Positions 12,802-22,054 of a DNA stretch of 64,000 nucleotides are shown here, one piece after another; positions within the stretch are counted from its first letter, which is position 1, and each line of letters opens with the position of its first letter. The position numbers and the translations under genes were made by a program. This DNA is from an uncultured Alphaproteobacteria bacterium (GTDB lineage: Bacteria > Pseudomonadota > Alphaproteobacteria > UBA3830): positions 13,984-77,983 of the forward strand of contig CAJODB010000004.1 of the NCBI GenBank assembly GCA_905233185.1, given 5' to 3'. The notes beneath the pieces were generated by a model. The model did not search any database. It saw only the letters and a program-made list of their open reading frames with translations, and was not told the DNA's origin.

Positions 12802-13161
12802 ATGTCTAGATTTAGCAAGAATTTTAGGCGCAGAGCAAGCAGAGTACATTATAAAGCTCGTTGCAAATCTTTTGGCAAGCCAAGACTCTCTGTTTTTAGA
12901 TCTGGACGCCATATTTATGCTCAGATAATTGATGATGTTCAGGGAAGAACGTTGTGTTCAGCCTCTACTTTGGATAAAAATCTGAGAGGCTCAGGAAAAA
13001 CGGCTAATTGCGAGGCTTCGGCTAAAGTTGGGGCGATGTTAGCAGGAAAGGCCGCAGAAGCAGGCATAAAAGAGGTGGTTTTCGATCGTGGCGGATATAA
13101 TTATCACGGCAGAGTTAAGGCTCTGGCTGATGGTGCCCGCAGTGCAGGGTTAGTGTTTTAA
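12802..13161 (+). CDS. rplR: 50S ribosomal protein L18
   Basis: 119 aa, [38 protein letters not shown]. Confidence 0.97.
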   Translation: MSRFSKNFRRRASRVHYKARCKSFGKPRLSVFRSGRHIYAQIIDDVQGRTLCSASTLDKNLRGSGKTANCEASAKVGAMLAGKAAEAGIKEVVFDRGGYNYHGRVKALADGARSAGLVF

Positions 13162-13172
13162 GGAATGGTCTA

Positions 13173-13700
13173 ATGAGTCGTGAAGAGACAGCTTATATTG
13201 AGAAACTGGTAGCGATCAATCGTGTTGCTAAAGTTGTTAAGGGCGGAAAAAGGTTTTCTTTTGCAGCTTTGGTGGTTGTTGGAGACGGAAAAGGTCGTGT
13301 CGGTTTCGCCAGTGGAAAGGCAAAGGAAGTCACTGATGCTGTAAAAAAAGCTTCAGAAAAAGCCAAAAAATCCATGATTAGGGTTCCTATGCGCGAAGGT
13401 CGTTCTTTGCATCATGATGCATTCGGAAAATTCGGCGCAGGAAAAGTCGTCTTACGTTCAGCTCCTGCTGGTACCGGGATTATTGCCGGTGGTGCGATGA
13501 GATCTGTTTTTGAGGCTTTAGGTATTCAGGATGTGGTTAGCAAATGTCTTGGATCTGCGAATCCGTTTAACATGGTCAGAGCAACGTTTGATGCCCTCAT
13601 GTCTACGGTTTCTCCAAGATATATAGCAAGCAAACGTGGGAAGAAAATCGGTGAGATTACTTCTCGTCGTACAACGGCAGCTAAAGCAGCAGCGAAATAG
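13173..13700 (+). CDS. rpsE: 30S ribosomal protein S5
   Basis: [30 protein letters not shown] motif. Confidence 0.97.
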   Translation: MSREETAYIEKLVAINRVAKVVKGGKRFSFAALVVVGDGKGRVGFASGKAKEVTDAVKKASEKAKKSMIRVPMREGRSLHHDAFGKFGAGKVVLRSAPAGTGIIAGGAMRSVFEALGIQDVVSKCLGSANPFNMVRATFDALMSTVSPRYIASKRGKKIGEITSRRTTAAKAAAK

Positions 13701-13710
13701 AGGGTGAATT

Positions 13711-13926
13711 ATGACTAAAGCAAAAACAGCCAAAGCATCCGCAAAAAAGATTTGTGTAACGCAAGTAAAAAGCAGCATAGGTTGCATTGAAGCTCAGCGT
13801 CAAAGTCTTTTTGGTCTTGGACTCGGAAAAGTCGGGAAATGTGTTATTCGTGAAGATAATCCGTGTGTTCGTGGCCTCATAAGGAAAGTTTCTCACTTAG
13901 TTACAGTGGTGGATTCAAATGAGTAA
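13711..13926 (+). CDS. rpmD: 50S ribosomal protein L30
   Basis: 71 aa, VTQVKSSIG...LGLGKVG motif; between rpsE and rplO. Confidence 0.93.
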   Translation: MTKAKTAKASAKKICVTQVKSSIGCIEAQRQSLFGLGLGKVGKCVIREDNPCVRGLIRKVSHLVTVVDSNE

Positions 13927-14383
13927 TTTAGGATTAAGCGGTTTAAAGCGCCGCAATGGAATAGATGCAAAAGCTTTGGGCAGAGGAATTGGTTCGGGCT
14001 GTGGCAAGACTTCTTCTTATGGTCATAAGGGCGGTAAAGCTCGTTCGGGGCGTGGTAAAGTGACATGGTTCGAAGGCGGTCAAATGCCTCTTTACAGAAG
14101 ACTTCCAAAAAGAGGTTTTGTCTCGCTTCAGGATAAATCTTGTATTGCTTATGTGAATCTTTCGACTTTACAGAAACTTTGTGATGCAAAAATCTTTAAA
14201 GCGAAGCATAAGGTTGATATTGATGCACTAAAAACGGCTAATGTCGTTAGAAAAAATGCGTGTATTGTTCGTCTTTTAGCAAAAGGTGAGTTGAAGACGG
14301 CATTGGATATTACAGTATCTTATGCTTCAGATGCTGCAATTAGGGGTGTTGAGGCAGCAGGAGGCAAAGTACAGATCGCTTAG
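13919..14383 (+). CDS. rplO: 50S ribosomal protein L15
   Basis: GRGIGSGCGKTSSYGHKGGKARSG motif; 8-nt overlap with rpmD. Confidence 0.96.
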   Translation: MSNLGLSGLKRRNGIDAKALGRGIGSGCGKTSSYGHKGGKARSGRGKVTWFEGGQMPLYRRLPKRGFVSLQDKSCIAYVNLSTLQKLCDAKIFKAKHKVDIDALKTANVVRKNACIVRLLAKGELKTALDITVSYASDAAIRGVEAAGGKVQIA

Positions 14384-14458
14384 ACGAGCTTATTTTGCTT
14401 GTATGATTAGGTAAAGTAGGATTCTGCAGCGATTTCGTTCTTTTAAAAGGTTGTTTTT

Positions 14459-15784
14459 ATGGCGTTAGATTCTTTTTTCTCTCAAAAAATTAGTTCAGAG
14501 ACCTTTTCGAAGGCTTCTGATCTGAAAGATAGAATCATTTTTACTTTGCTTGCTTTATTTGTATATAGAATCGGTACTTATATACCATTACCAGGGCTTG
14601 ATCCTGCTATTATCGAGGATTTAGCCAAGAAATATCTGTCGGGATCTGGCTTTTTGGGCATGTTTAACATGTTTTCCGGTGGTGCGCTTAGTCGTATGAC
14701 TGTGTTTGCTTTGAATCTTATGCCTTATATCTCAGCAAGTATTGTTATTCAGCTTATGACAGTTATAAGTCCGCAGCTGGAGGCCTTAAAAAAAGAAGGG
14801 GCAGTCGGGCGCCAAAAAATCAACCAATATACGCGTTATTTAACCATTTTTGTTTGCTCTTTTCATGCCTATGCGATCAGCTTGTGGCTTATGAATATTC
14901 CTAACAGCCCGGTTGTTATCGGAAAGCTATTTCCGGTTATTGCTGTTCCGAGCTTAGTTTGTGGAACTATGTTCCTTGTTTGGCTTGGTGAACAAATGAC
15001 ATCACGCGGTGTCGGTAATGGTTCATCTTTGCTGATCTTTGCAGGTATCGTTGCGAACATGCCTGCCAGTATCGCGAATATTATTGAGTTGGGAAGGGCA
15101 GGGGCATTATCATTAATGTCCGTTGTGGTCATTTTTGCTATTGCTGTTGCAGTTATTGTGTTTGTCGTCTACATAGAAAGAGCACAGCGTCGTGTAGCTA
15201 TTAATTATCCGCAGCGTCAAGCAATGATGCAGCAGGGAAAGGTTCTTGATGTAAACCATTTGCCTCTAAAAATCAATTCTGCTGGTGTTATTCCTCCTAT
15301 CTTCGCATATTCTTTGATGTCTTTACCTGTTGTTTTAGCGAGTTCATTTGGTACGGAGAGTGAGATAGCTTCAGGAATAGTTTCATTCTTCACAAGGGGT
15401 GGAGTTCTTTACTCATTGGTATTAGTCTTTTTGATTATGTTTTTCTCGTTCTTTTATACAGCGGTCGTATTTAATCCAACCGAAACGGCCGATAATCTTA
15501 AAAAAGCGGGTGGATTTATTCCTGGAGTAAGACCGGGGCAAGCGACAGCTGAATATTTGGATTATATCCTCACAAGATTGACCGTTGTTGGTGCTTTATA
15601 TATGTCATTTGTTTGCTTAATTCCTGACATGATAAATGCTAAATTCGGAGTACATTTTATATTTGGTGGTACGGGTATTCTGATTATTGTTGGTGTGACT
15701 ATCGATACAATTTCTCAAATATATACGCATATTTTATCTCATCAATACAGAGGTGTGTTGAAAAAGGCAGGGAGAAAGAAATGA
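14459..15784 (+). CDS. secY: preprotein translocase subunit SecY
   Basis: 441 aa polytopic membrane protein, GTYIPLPG...FALNLMPYISASI motifs; spc operon position. Confidence 0.98.
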   Translation: MALDSFFSQKISSETFSKASDLKDRIIFTLLALFVYRIGTYIPLPGLDPAIIEDLAKKYLSGSGFLGMFNMFSGGALSRMTVFALNLMPYISASIVIQLMTVISPQLEALKKEGAVGRQKINQYTRYLTIFVCSFHAYAISLWLMNIPNSPVVIGKLFPVIAVPSLVCGTMFLVWLGEQMTSRGVGNGSSLLIFAGIVANMPASIANIIELGRAGALSLMSVVVIFAIAVAVIVFVVYIERAQRRVAINYPQRQAMMQQGKVLDVNHLPLKINSAGVIPPIFAYSLMSLPVVLASSFGTESEIASGIVSFFTRGGVLYSLVLVFLIMFFSFFYTAVVFNPTETADNLKKAGGFIPGVRPGQATAEYLDYILTRLTVVGALYMSFVCLIPDMINAKFGVHFIFGGTGILIIVGVTIDTISQIYTHILSHQYRGVLKKAGRKK

Positions 15785-16458
15785 CACAGCGAAATGCAGT
15801 AAAAATCGTTATTCTCTTTGGTGCGCCTGGTGCCGGAAAAGGAACTGTTGCTCAGCATTTATTGGATAATTATGGCGTTGTGCATTTTTCCACTGGAAAT
15901 TTGCTACGAAATGAGGTAAAAAATGGTACTTCTATAGGTAAAGAAGTAGAGGCGATACTCAGTTCCGGCAAATTAGTTGGCGATGATGTTGTTAACAGGG
16001 TTGTAGAATCCAACTTACAGAAAGCTTTGTCAGGAAATGATGTCGTGTTATTGGATGGATATCCTAGGACTGTAGAACAGGCAAAGTTTCTGGATGCTAT
16101 TGATGAAGGCAACTTAAAATCATCGATTCGTGTTCTTGAACTTGATGTAGATCATGAAGTTGTTGTTGCTAGGATAGCAGGGCGTGTTGTTTGCTCTAAG
16201 TGTGGTGCTACGTTCAATGCTTCTCAGCTTAATGGCAACACTGTTTGCTCGCGTTGTGGAGGCGAACTTATTAAGAGAGCGGATGACAGCGAGGATGTTG
16301 TAAGACGCAGATTACAGGAGTACGTTAATATGACTCTTCCTGTTTCTCGTTATTATGCTGATAGATTGGCGAAAGTTTCCGGCGAAGGAACCCCGGAAGA
16401 AGTTGCGCGAAATGTAGATGAGACATTTCGTGATTTTGAAATAGAAAAGAGGAGATAA
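15781..16458 (+). CDS. adk: adenylate kinase (four-Cys zinc lid)
   Basis: GAPGAGKGT P-loop; lid CSKCG...CSRCGG; 4-nt overlap with secY. Confidence 0.96.
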   Translation: MTQRNAVKIVILFGAPGAGKGTVAQHLLDNYGVVHFSTGNLLRNEVKNGTSIGKEVEAILSSGKLVGDDVVNRVVESNLQKALSGNDVVLLDGYPRTVEQAKFLDAIDEGNLKSSIRVLELDVDHEVVVARIAGRVVCSKCGATFNASQLNGNTVCSRCGGELIKRADDSEDVVRRRLQEYVNMTLPVSRYYADRLAKVSGEGTPEEVARNVDETFRDFEIEKRR

Positions 16459-16461
16459 TTC

Positions 16462-16839
16462 GTGGCTCGTATAGCTGGTGTTAACTTACCTGATAAAAAG
16501 CGTGTAGAGTTTGCTTTAAGATATATTTACGGAATCGGTCCGACTCGTTCTGCTGCTATTTGCAAAGAGTTAGGAATTCCTGATGCGAAAAGAGTTTTCG
16601 AGCTTACAGATGATGAAGTGCTGAAAATTCGTGAGGTTATTGATCGCGATTATCAGGTCGAAGGAGATCTGAGAAGAATTGTTACTATGAATGTCAAGCG
16701 TCTTATGGATTTAGGATGTTATCGCGGTTTAAGACATCGTAAGGGATTGCCTGTAAATGGTCAGAGAACCCATACTAATGCTCGTACCAGAAAAGGGAAA
16801 GCAAGAGCTATTCCGGGTAAGAAAAAAGTAACAAAGTAA
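16462..16839 (+). CDS. rpsM: 30S ribosomal protein S13
   Basis: GTG start, [16 protein letters not shown]-terminus. Confidence 0.97.
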   Translation: MARIAGVNLPDKKRVEFALRYIYGIGPTRSAAICKELGIPDAKRVFELTDDEVLKIREVIDRDYQVEGDLRRIVTMNVKRLMDLGCYRGLRHRKGLPVNGQRTHTNARTRKGKARAIPGKKKVTK

Positions 16840-16866
16840 GATAAAATAGGGTAGAAGAGGAACGTT

Positions 16867-17259
16867 ATGGCTTATAACAACTCGCAGAAGTTAAAAAAGA
16901 AGGACAGAAAGAACGTTACGAATGGGATTGCGCATATTAATGCGACATTTAACAATACCATCGTTACTTTTTCAGATGTTCATGGCAATACTATTTCTTG
17001 GAGTTCAGCAGGCAGCTTAGGTTTTAAGGGATCTCGTAAATCTACTCCTTATGCTGCTCAAATGGCGGCGGATAAAGCTGCTTCAAAAGCGATTGAGCAT
17101 GGCATGAAGAACATTGATGTTGAGATTCTTGGTCCGGGATCGGGGAGAGAATCCGCTTTAAGGACATTTCAGGCTCTTGGATTAGTTGTTGGAGCTATAA
17201 GAGATGTTACGCCTATTCCACATAACGGATGTAGGCCGCCTAAACGTAGAAGAGTTTAA
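16867..17259 (+). CDS. rpsK: 30S ribosomal protein S11
   Basis: [18 protein letters not shown]...[16 protein letters not shown]. Confidence 0.97.
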   Translation: MAYNNSQKLKKKDRKNVTNGIAHINATFNNTIVTFSDVHGNTISWSSAGSLGFKGSRKSTPYAAQMAADKAASKAIEHGMKNIDVEILGPGSGRESALRTFQALGLVVGAIRDVTPIPHNGCRPPKRRRV

Positions 17260-17285
17260 TTTTTGTATATTTGTGAAAGAGGTTT

Positions 17286-18320
17286 GTGGTGATTCAGAAA
17301 CAGTGGCAGGATCTTATAAAGCCTTACAGATTGCGTCTTGAAGCGTCTGGCTCTTCTGATGTGGAGACAACCCATCGGATAGGGACGTTTGTCGCTGATC
17401 CTTTGGAAAGAGGTTTCGGCGTTACTCTTGGGAATGCATTGCGCAGAGTTTTGTTGTCGTCGTTAAAAGGTGCAGCGGTTACTTCTATCAAGATAGATGG
17501 AGTTTCCCATGAATTCTCGACTATTCCAGGTGTTCCTGAGGACGTTACGGATATAATTTTAAATATAAAGGCTATGCCGCTAAAACTTACGGCGGATTCT
17601 CCTCGTAAAATGAAACTTTCTGTAACGGGGCCATGTACAGTTACAGCAGGAATGTTTGAATTGGGGTCAGAACTGACGGTATTAAATCCAGATCATTATA
17701 TCTGTACAGTAGGTGAGGGAGCGACATTTTCAATGGAAGCTTCTGTCGCTGTTGGTCGTGGGTATGTTACAGGACCGCATAACAGAGTTGAAAATGCTCC
17801 TGTTGGTACTTTATTTATCGATTCTATATTTAATCCTGTTAAAAAGGTATCTTATAAGGTCGAAAATACACGTGTCGGGCAAGATACAGATTATGACAAG
17901 CTGATTCTTACGGTTGAGACCGACGGCTCAATCAATCCTGAGGATGCTATCGCTATGGCAGCGAGGATTTTGCAGGATCAATTGCAGAAATTCATCAATT
18001 TTGAGGAAGAAGTCGAGGAAGAGGCGGTCGCTACAGAGCAGCCATTGCCATTTAATCCTAACTTGCTGAGAAAAGTTGAGGATCTCGAACTTTCTGTTCG
18101 TTCTATGAACTGTTTGAAGGGGGACAATATCGTTTATATTGGAGATTTGGTACAAAAATCTGAAAGCGAGATGCTCCGTACGCCAAACTTCGGTAGAAAG
18201 TCTTTGAACGAGATTAAAGAAGTTCTATCTCAGATGGGATTGTCTTTGGATATGCAAGTTCCGGGATGGCCTCTGGAGAATATGGAAGATGCCTCCAAGC
18301 GTGCACATGAGAAATTTTAA
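17286..18320 (+). CDS. rpoA: DNA-directed RNA polymerase alpha subunit
   Basis: 344 aa; [12 protein letters not shown]-terminal domain motif; C-terminal domain [22 protein letters not shown]. No rpsD between rpsK and rpoA, which is usual in Alphaproteobacteria. Confidence 0.97.
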   Translation: MVIQKQWQDLIKPYRLRLEASGSSDVETTHRIGTFVADPLERGFGVTLGNALRRVLLSSLKGAAVTSIKIDGVSHEFSTIPGVPEDVTDIILNIKAMPLKLTADSPRKMKLSVTGPCTVTAGMFELGSELTVLNPDHYICTVGEGATFSMEASVAVGRGYVTGPHNRVENAPVGTLFIDSIFNPVKKVSYKVENTRVGQDTDYDKLILTVETDGSINPEDAIAMAARILQDQLQKFINFEEEVEEEAVATEQPLPFNPNLLRKVEDLELSVRSMNCLKGDNIVYIGDLVQKSESEMLRTPNFGRKSLNEIKEVLSQMGLSLDMQVPGWPLENMEDASKRAHEKF

Positions 18321-18331
18321 GGGGAACTGAT

Positions 18332-18763
18332 ATGCGACACAGAATTAGTGGCAGAAAATTCAATAGAGATACAGCGCAAAGAAAGGCTATGTTTAACAGC
18401 CTCGCGAAAGCTTTATTGAAGTATGAGCAGATTGTTACGACTCTGCCAAAAGCTAAAGATTTGAGATCCTATATAGAGAGAATGCTTACTTTAGGAAAAA
18501 AAGGAACTGTTGCAGGACGTCGTCAATTATTTGCAGATTTGCGTGACAATAGTCTTGTATCAAAGGTATTCGGGACATTGGCTGAACGTTATGCGGCAAG
18601 GAATGGCGGCTATACAAGAGTTGTAAAGTGCGGATTTCGCAGAGGTGATGCTGCTCCTATTGCGGTTATTGAGCTTCTCGATCGTGATCCAGCGGCAAAA
18701 GGAACGCCAGCACCGAAAAATGACGCAGTTGCTGCGGTTCCGGCAGATGTAATTGCACAGTAA
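18332..18763 (+). CDS. rplQ: 50S ribosomal protein L17
   Basis: MRHRISGRKFNRDTAQRKAM N-terminus. Confidence 0.97.
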   Translation: MRHRISGRKFNRDTAQRKAMFNSLAKALLKYEQIVTTLPKAKDLRSYIERMLTLGKKGTVAGRRQLFADLRDNSLVSKVFGTLAERYAARNGGYTRVVKCGFRRGDAAPIAVIELLDRDPAAKGTPAPKNDAVAAVPADVIAQ

Positions 18764-18804
18764 TAGTGTAAATAGACGCTGCAATGCAATAGTAGCGAAT
18801 TCTG

Positions 18805-18832
18805 AAAAGCGGTTTTTATAGCCGCTTTTTTT
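18805..18832 (+). terminator. rho-independent terminator of the ribosomal/rpoA operon
   Basis: AAAAGCGG, 9-nt loop, CCGCTTTT, followed by a T run. Confidence 0.8.
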
Positions 18833-19042
18833 ATGCATTTATATCTGCAACTTGTGTTATATCTTGCTATCTTATTCTATTATCGCTGAAAGAGCGAAAG
18901 GACTTAAGGGGTTAGGGAGAAAAAAAACTTTAAGTTGTATTGCTGCTAAGAATTAATTCCTATTTTTTTCTAAATTCATATTGATATTGCACATTATAGA
19001 TGTTATTGTAATATATAATCAAAGTTGTGTAGGGGTAGTACA

Positions 19043-20287
19043 TTGTTGGTAAAAATTTCTAGATATATTTTTCTTTTATATTTTTTATCTCCATCATTTA
19101 TCCTGGGGATGAACGAGTTTGTTCCTACAATGACATCTTGTGAGCAAACAGAATTTTTAAGATTGGCCTCTGTAAATAATGGAGATTTGGTTGATGAGTT
19201 TAAAATCGGATGTAAGAACTCTACAGCTTTAAGTGATGTAATCAATGCGCAACTGCAAATTATAGCAACGGATCCACAAGGTGCTGGAATGCTTCGTATA
19301 ATGGCTGCTATGATAAATCCATACGTAAAATGTGCGAATTCTCTGGAAGCTCTTATCAATTCAATTCCAACAGATCGAGTTATATCTCCGCAAGACAAGA
19401 TAAATAAAGCAAAGAGAGTATCGTATTTGTATCGTCTTTTAGATGTACACAATAGAGATTTTTTAGATGTTATAAATCCTGCGAATAGTAGAGCACTTTT
19501 TCAATCCTTAGTGGGGAATCCTATTATTTTTCCAAATATGATTCCAGAAAACATTCTAACAGAAGACACTTTTACTAATGATCCTGCACTTTTAGTTACT
19601 CATATCAATCGTTTTTGGAATGTCGCTGTTGCAGATTCAGCAAAAAGCGTATTACCGTTTCTTCGTAAAAAAATGTTTTCAATGGAGATAGGTCCACGAA
19701 GTGAGTATAGTTACAATATTGCTGTTCATTCCTATGTAATTCGTTTAAATCCTACAGCTATATCAGCATATTGTGTTATCGGAACTCCTTTAGTCACTCA
19801 TGTAGGAGCAGGTACCGTACCCATTGTTCACTCATATGCAGCAGAAAAAAAAGATTTCGAAGCTGATATTGGTTTACTTCATGAGATGAATCATCATTTT
19901 ATTGTAAGATTAACCTCTGATTTCAGAGAAAGTTTTGATGATATCATTCCTTTACTTAGAGATAAAAAAGTAGATATTAGCTATATTTTAAAACTTTCTG
20001 AAGTATATACAGGATTCAGTGAGTTTCAAAATATAACTGGAATAACTGTAGTTGGAGGGCAAATTTATTTTAATAAATATAGCGAAGGAGCTTATGTACT
20101 GGGAAAAAAAGGTTTGAGTATTAGATGTTCTCATACTGATAAACGTTTTTTTAATGTTCCGGTTGGGATTGTGGAATTGATTAAAGAAGCGGCTGCTAAA
20201 GAAGCGGCTGCTTTTGTAGTTGGTGTTGGCGTTGCTCCAGATTCTCCACCTAAATCTGAAGGTTTTATAGGGTGGAATGGTTTTTAG
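19043..20287 (+). CDS. orphan secreted protein with a single HExxH zinc-peptidase-like motif
   Basis: Long ORF (track 19025-20287). The likely start is TTG 19043, 6 nt after AGGGG; ATG 19109 is an alternative. The N-terminus is signal-peptide-like (LVKISRYIFLLYFLSPSFILG). LLHEMNHHF lies at nt 19880-19894. No family recognised. Confidence 0.7.
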   Translation: MLVKISRYIFLLYFLSPSFILGMNEFVPTMTSCEQTEFLRLASVNNGDLVDEFKIGCKNSTALSDVINAQLQIIATDPQGAGMLRIMAAMINPYVKCANSLEALINSIPTDRVISPQDKINKAKRVSYLYRLLDVHNRDFLDVINPANSRALFQSLVGNPIIFPNMIPENILTEDTFTNDPALLVTHINRFWNVAVADSAKSVLPFLRKKMFSMEIGPRSEYSYNIAVHSYVIRLNPTAISAYCVIGTPLVTHVGAGTVPIVHSYAAEKKDFEADIGLLHEMNHHFIVRLTSDFRESFDDIIPLLRDKKVDISYILKLSEVYTGFSEFQNITGITVVGGQIYFNKYSEGAYVLGKKGLSIRCSHTDKRFFNVPVGIVELIKEAAAKEAAAFVVGVGVAPDSPPKSEGFIGWNGF

Positions 20288-20309
20288 TTAATTTTGAAAG
20301 GAGAAAAAA

Positions 20310-20861
20310 ATGCGAATATATTGTTTTATTTTACTGTTTATATCGTTTTTCAGTTATGCAGCGGATCATGTTTTTGAACATATTGTTGATGAAGCGAAGA
20401 CAGGGAATATAGCTCCGACAGATTTTCTTGATAATTTGCGTGCTATTCGTGATACTTCTAATATGGCAGATGCCTTTTTATGTCGTTATGGAGGGGACAA
20501 TTTTGAAGAAGAGCAAGTTGTAAAAACTTTCTCTATGGAGATAACCAGTGAAATCGACAAGGTGGCATACCTTTTAGGTGGGATATATTATAAAAAAGGC
20601 GATGCTAATGTGGATGATATTGATTCATTAAAGTTTGCTAAGCGTCTTCTTAAAGCAAATGCGACAACACCATTTATAGGAGCTGGAGATGTGAATTATT
20701 CTGCGATTTTTGGTGGAGCTTTAAATGATATGCTTCAAGATAAAGAACATTTCCGTAACAGTTTTGATGCTTTAGCTGATCATGTTGCAGCTGTTGCTAG
20801 TGAATCGGTAACAGAGGAAGAATTAGAAGAAATCAGAGCTCTGTTAGGTAAAGAAGAGTAG
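20310..20861 (+). CDS. orphan small secreted acidic protein, probable partner of the upstream HExxH protein
   Basis: AGGAG RBS 22 nt after the upstream stop; signal peptide MRIYCFILLFISFFSYA/AD; acidic C-terminus EEELEEIRALLGKEE. No family recognised. Confidence 0.75.
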   Translation: MRIYCFILLFISFFSYAADHVFEHIVDEAKTGNIAPTDFLDNLRAIRDTSNMADAFLCRYGGDNFEEEQVVKTFSMEITSEIDKVAYLLGGIYYKKGDANVDDIDSLKFAKRLLKANATTPFIGAGDVNYSAIFGGALNDMLQDKEHFRNSFDALADHVAAVASESVTEEELEEIRALLGKEE

Positions 20862-21062
20862 TTTTTATATTTTTCAGAATCCTTTATTTGCATAATAAGA
20901 TGTATAGGTGAATCTTTTTTCTTATCCTTTGCACAGTTACATTTTAATGATCCACGGAAAATTTCGTTTATTATATTTTATCAGAGGTCTTGCAAAAGTC
21001 GGAAATGGCTTTCACAAGATCTCTATTATATTTATGCTTTTTGTCGTCACTTTTTCTTATAC

Positions 21063-21761
21063 TTACTCATCTTCGTTATCTGAATCACTATCATCATTAT
21101 CTAAACTGCTACTTGGTCGTCCTGTCATATGCCCATTATATGCTTCTTTTAGCTCAAAATAGCCATTGAATAGTTCAGCGAAATTTTTCACTCTTTCTTC
21201 ATTCCATCCAATAGGTCCGAACATATCTCCTTGTATTATATGGTCTCCAATTGTGCCTTTTTCACTTATTTCTGCCAACAAACAGGCGCCAAGCATGGAA
21301 TAATTAGCAAGTTTATCAAAATTTCCATAAGTAGCGACGATCCATTTTTCCCAGAGTGATAGCAATTGATTTGCAATGGTTTCTTTACGACGGTCCACCA
21401 TATGGGGAAAGCTTGGAACTTTTATTCCTTCTTTAAAAATCTCTTTGCAAAATTTAGGGTATATGAGCGCCAAACTGTTTTTCTCTGTTAAAGGTTGATC
21501 TTTTCCCGTTGGTGTATTCTTCATAAATTCACTTAATACTTCATAAAGTGAAGGAAAATCATATTGATGTAAGTTCCTTTTAAATTTAGGCTGAGAATCT
21601 ATTATTTTAGATAATTCCGTATGTAAATAGATCGTTTCATCTGCTCTAGAAAAAGATGGTTCATCGCTTACCCATTCAATTTCTTCAATATCCATTCCAT
21701 GTACAAAATTAGTGATTATACACATGCTACCTAGCACAAAACCTGTAAATTGTTTTTTCAT
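21063..21761 (-). CDS. orphan secreted protein with an acidic Ser/Asp C-terminal tail
   Basis: GGAGGT RBS 5 nt before ATG 21761 (MKKQFTGFVLGSMCIITNFVHG signal-like). Ends SSSLDNDDSDSDNEDE. No family recognised. Confidence 0.7.
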   Translation of the reverse strand: MKKQFTGFVLGSMCIITNFVHGMDIEEIEWVSDEPSFSRADETIYLHTELSKIIDSQPKFKRNLHQYDFPSLYEVLSEFMKNTPTGKDQPLTEKNSLALIYPKFCKEIFKEGIKVPSFPHMVDRRKETIANQLLSLWEKWIVATYGNFDKLANYSMLGACLLAEISEKGTIGDHIIQGDMFGPIGWNEERVKNFAELFNGYFELKEAYNGHMTGRPSSSLDNDDSDSDNEDE

Positions 21762-22054
21762 TATTACCTCCATTTTTTTTGCAGAAAATCTATCATATAT
21801 GTAAGGACAAAAAAATTAATGACAACAAAAAATAGAAAACATAACAAATGTTTTGAATAACAGAATAACAAATCATTATATCTGACTTATGCTTTTTACA
21901 ATTGGCGTATTGAGAATGTATTTTTTTCTAGTGTTAAAAAAGCAACACCTTTATTATTTATAATAATTTTTTGAAGTTTTTGTTTACAAAATTAATACTT
22001 TTTTAAAGCTTTTTAGACAAAATATCAATTGAGTTTATTTGAGGACATTGACCA

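Noticed and set aside
19003-19452. 149-aa minus-strand ORF overlapping the start of the HExxH orphan gene
   Set aside because: It is antisense to a much longer ORF that has RBS support. It has no RBS of its own and no motifs, so it is treated as a shadow ORF. With orphan genes this cannot be excluded completely.
20908-21162. 84-aa plus-strand ORF between the convergent orphan genes
   Set aside because: Its 3' third overlaps the acidic tail region of the minus-strand gene 21063-21761. It has no Shine-Dalgarno sequence. The Ser/Leu-rich repetitive translation is just the antisense of the Asp/Ser/Glu tail.
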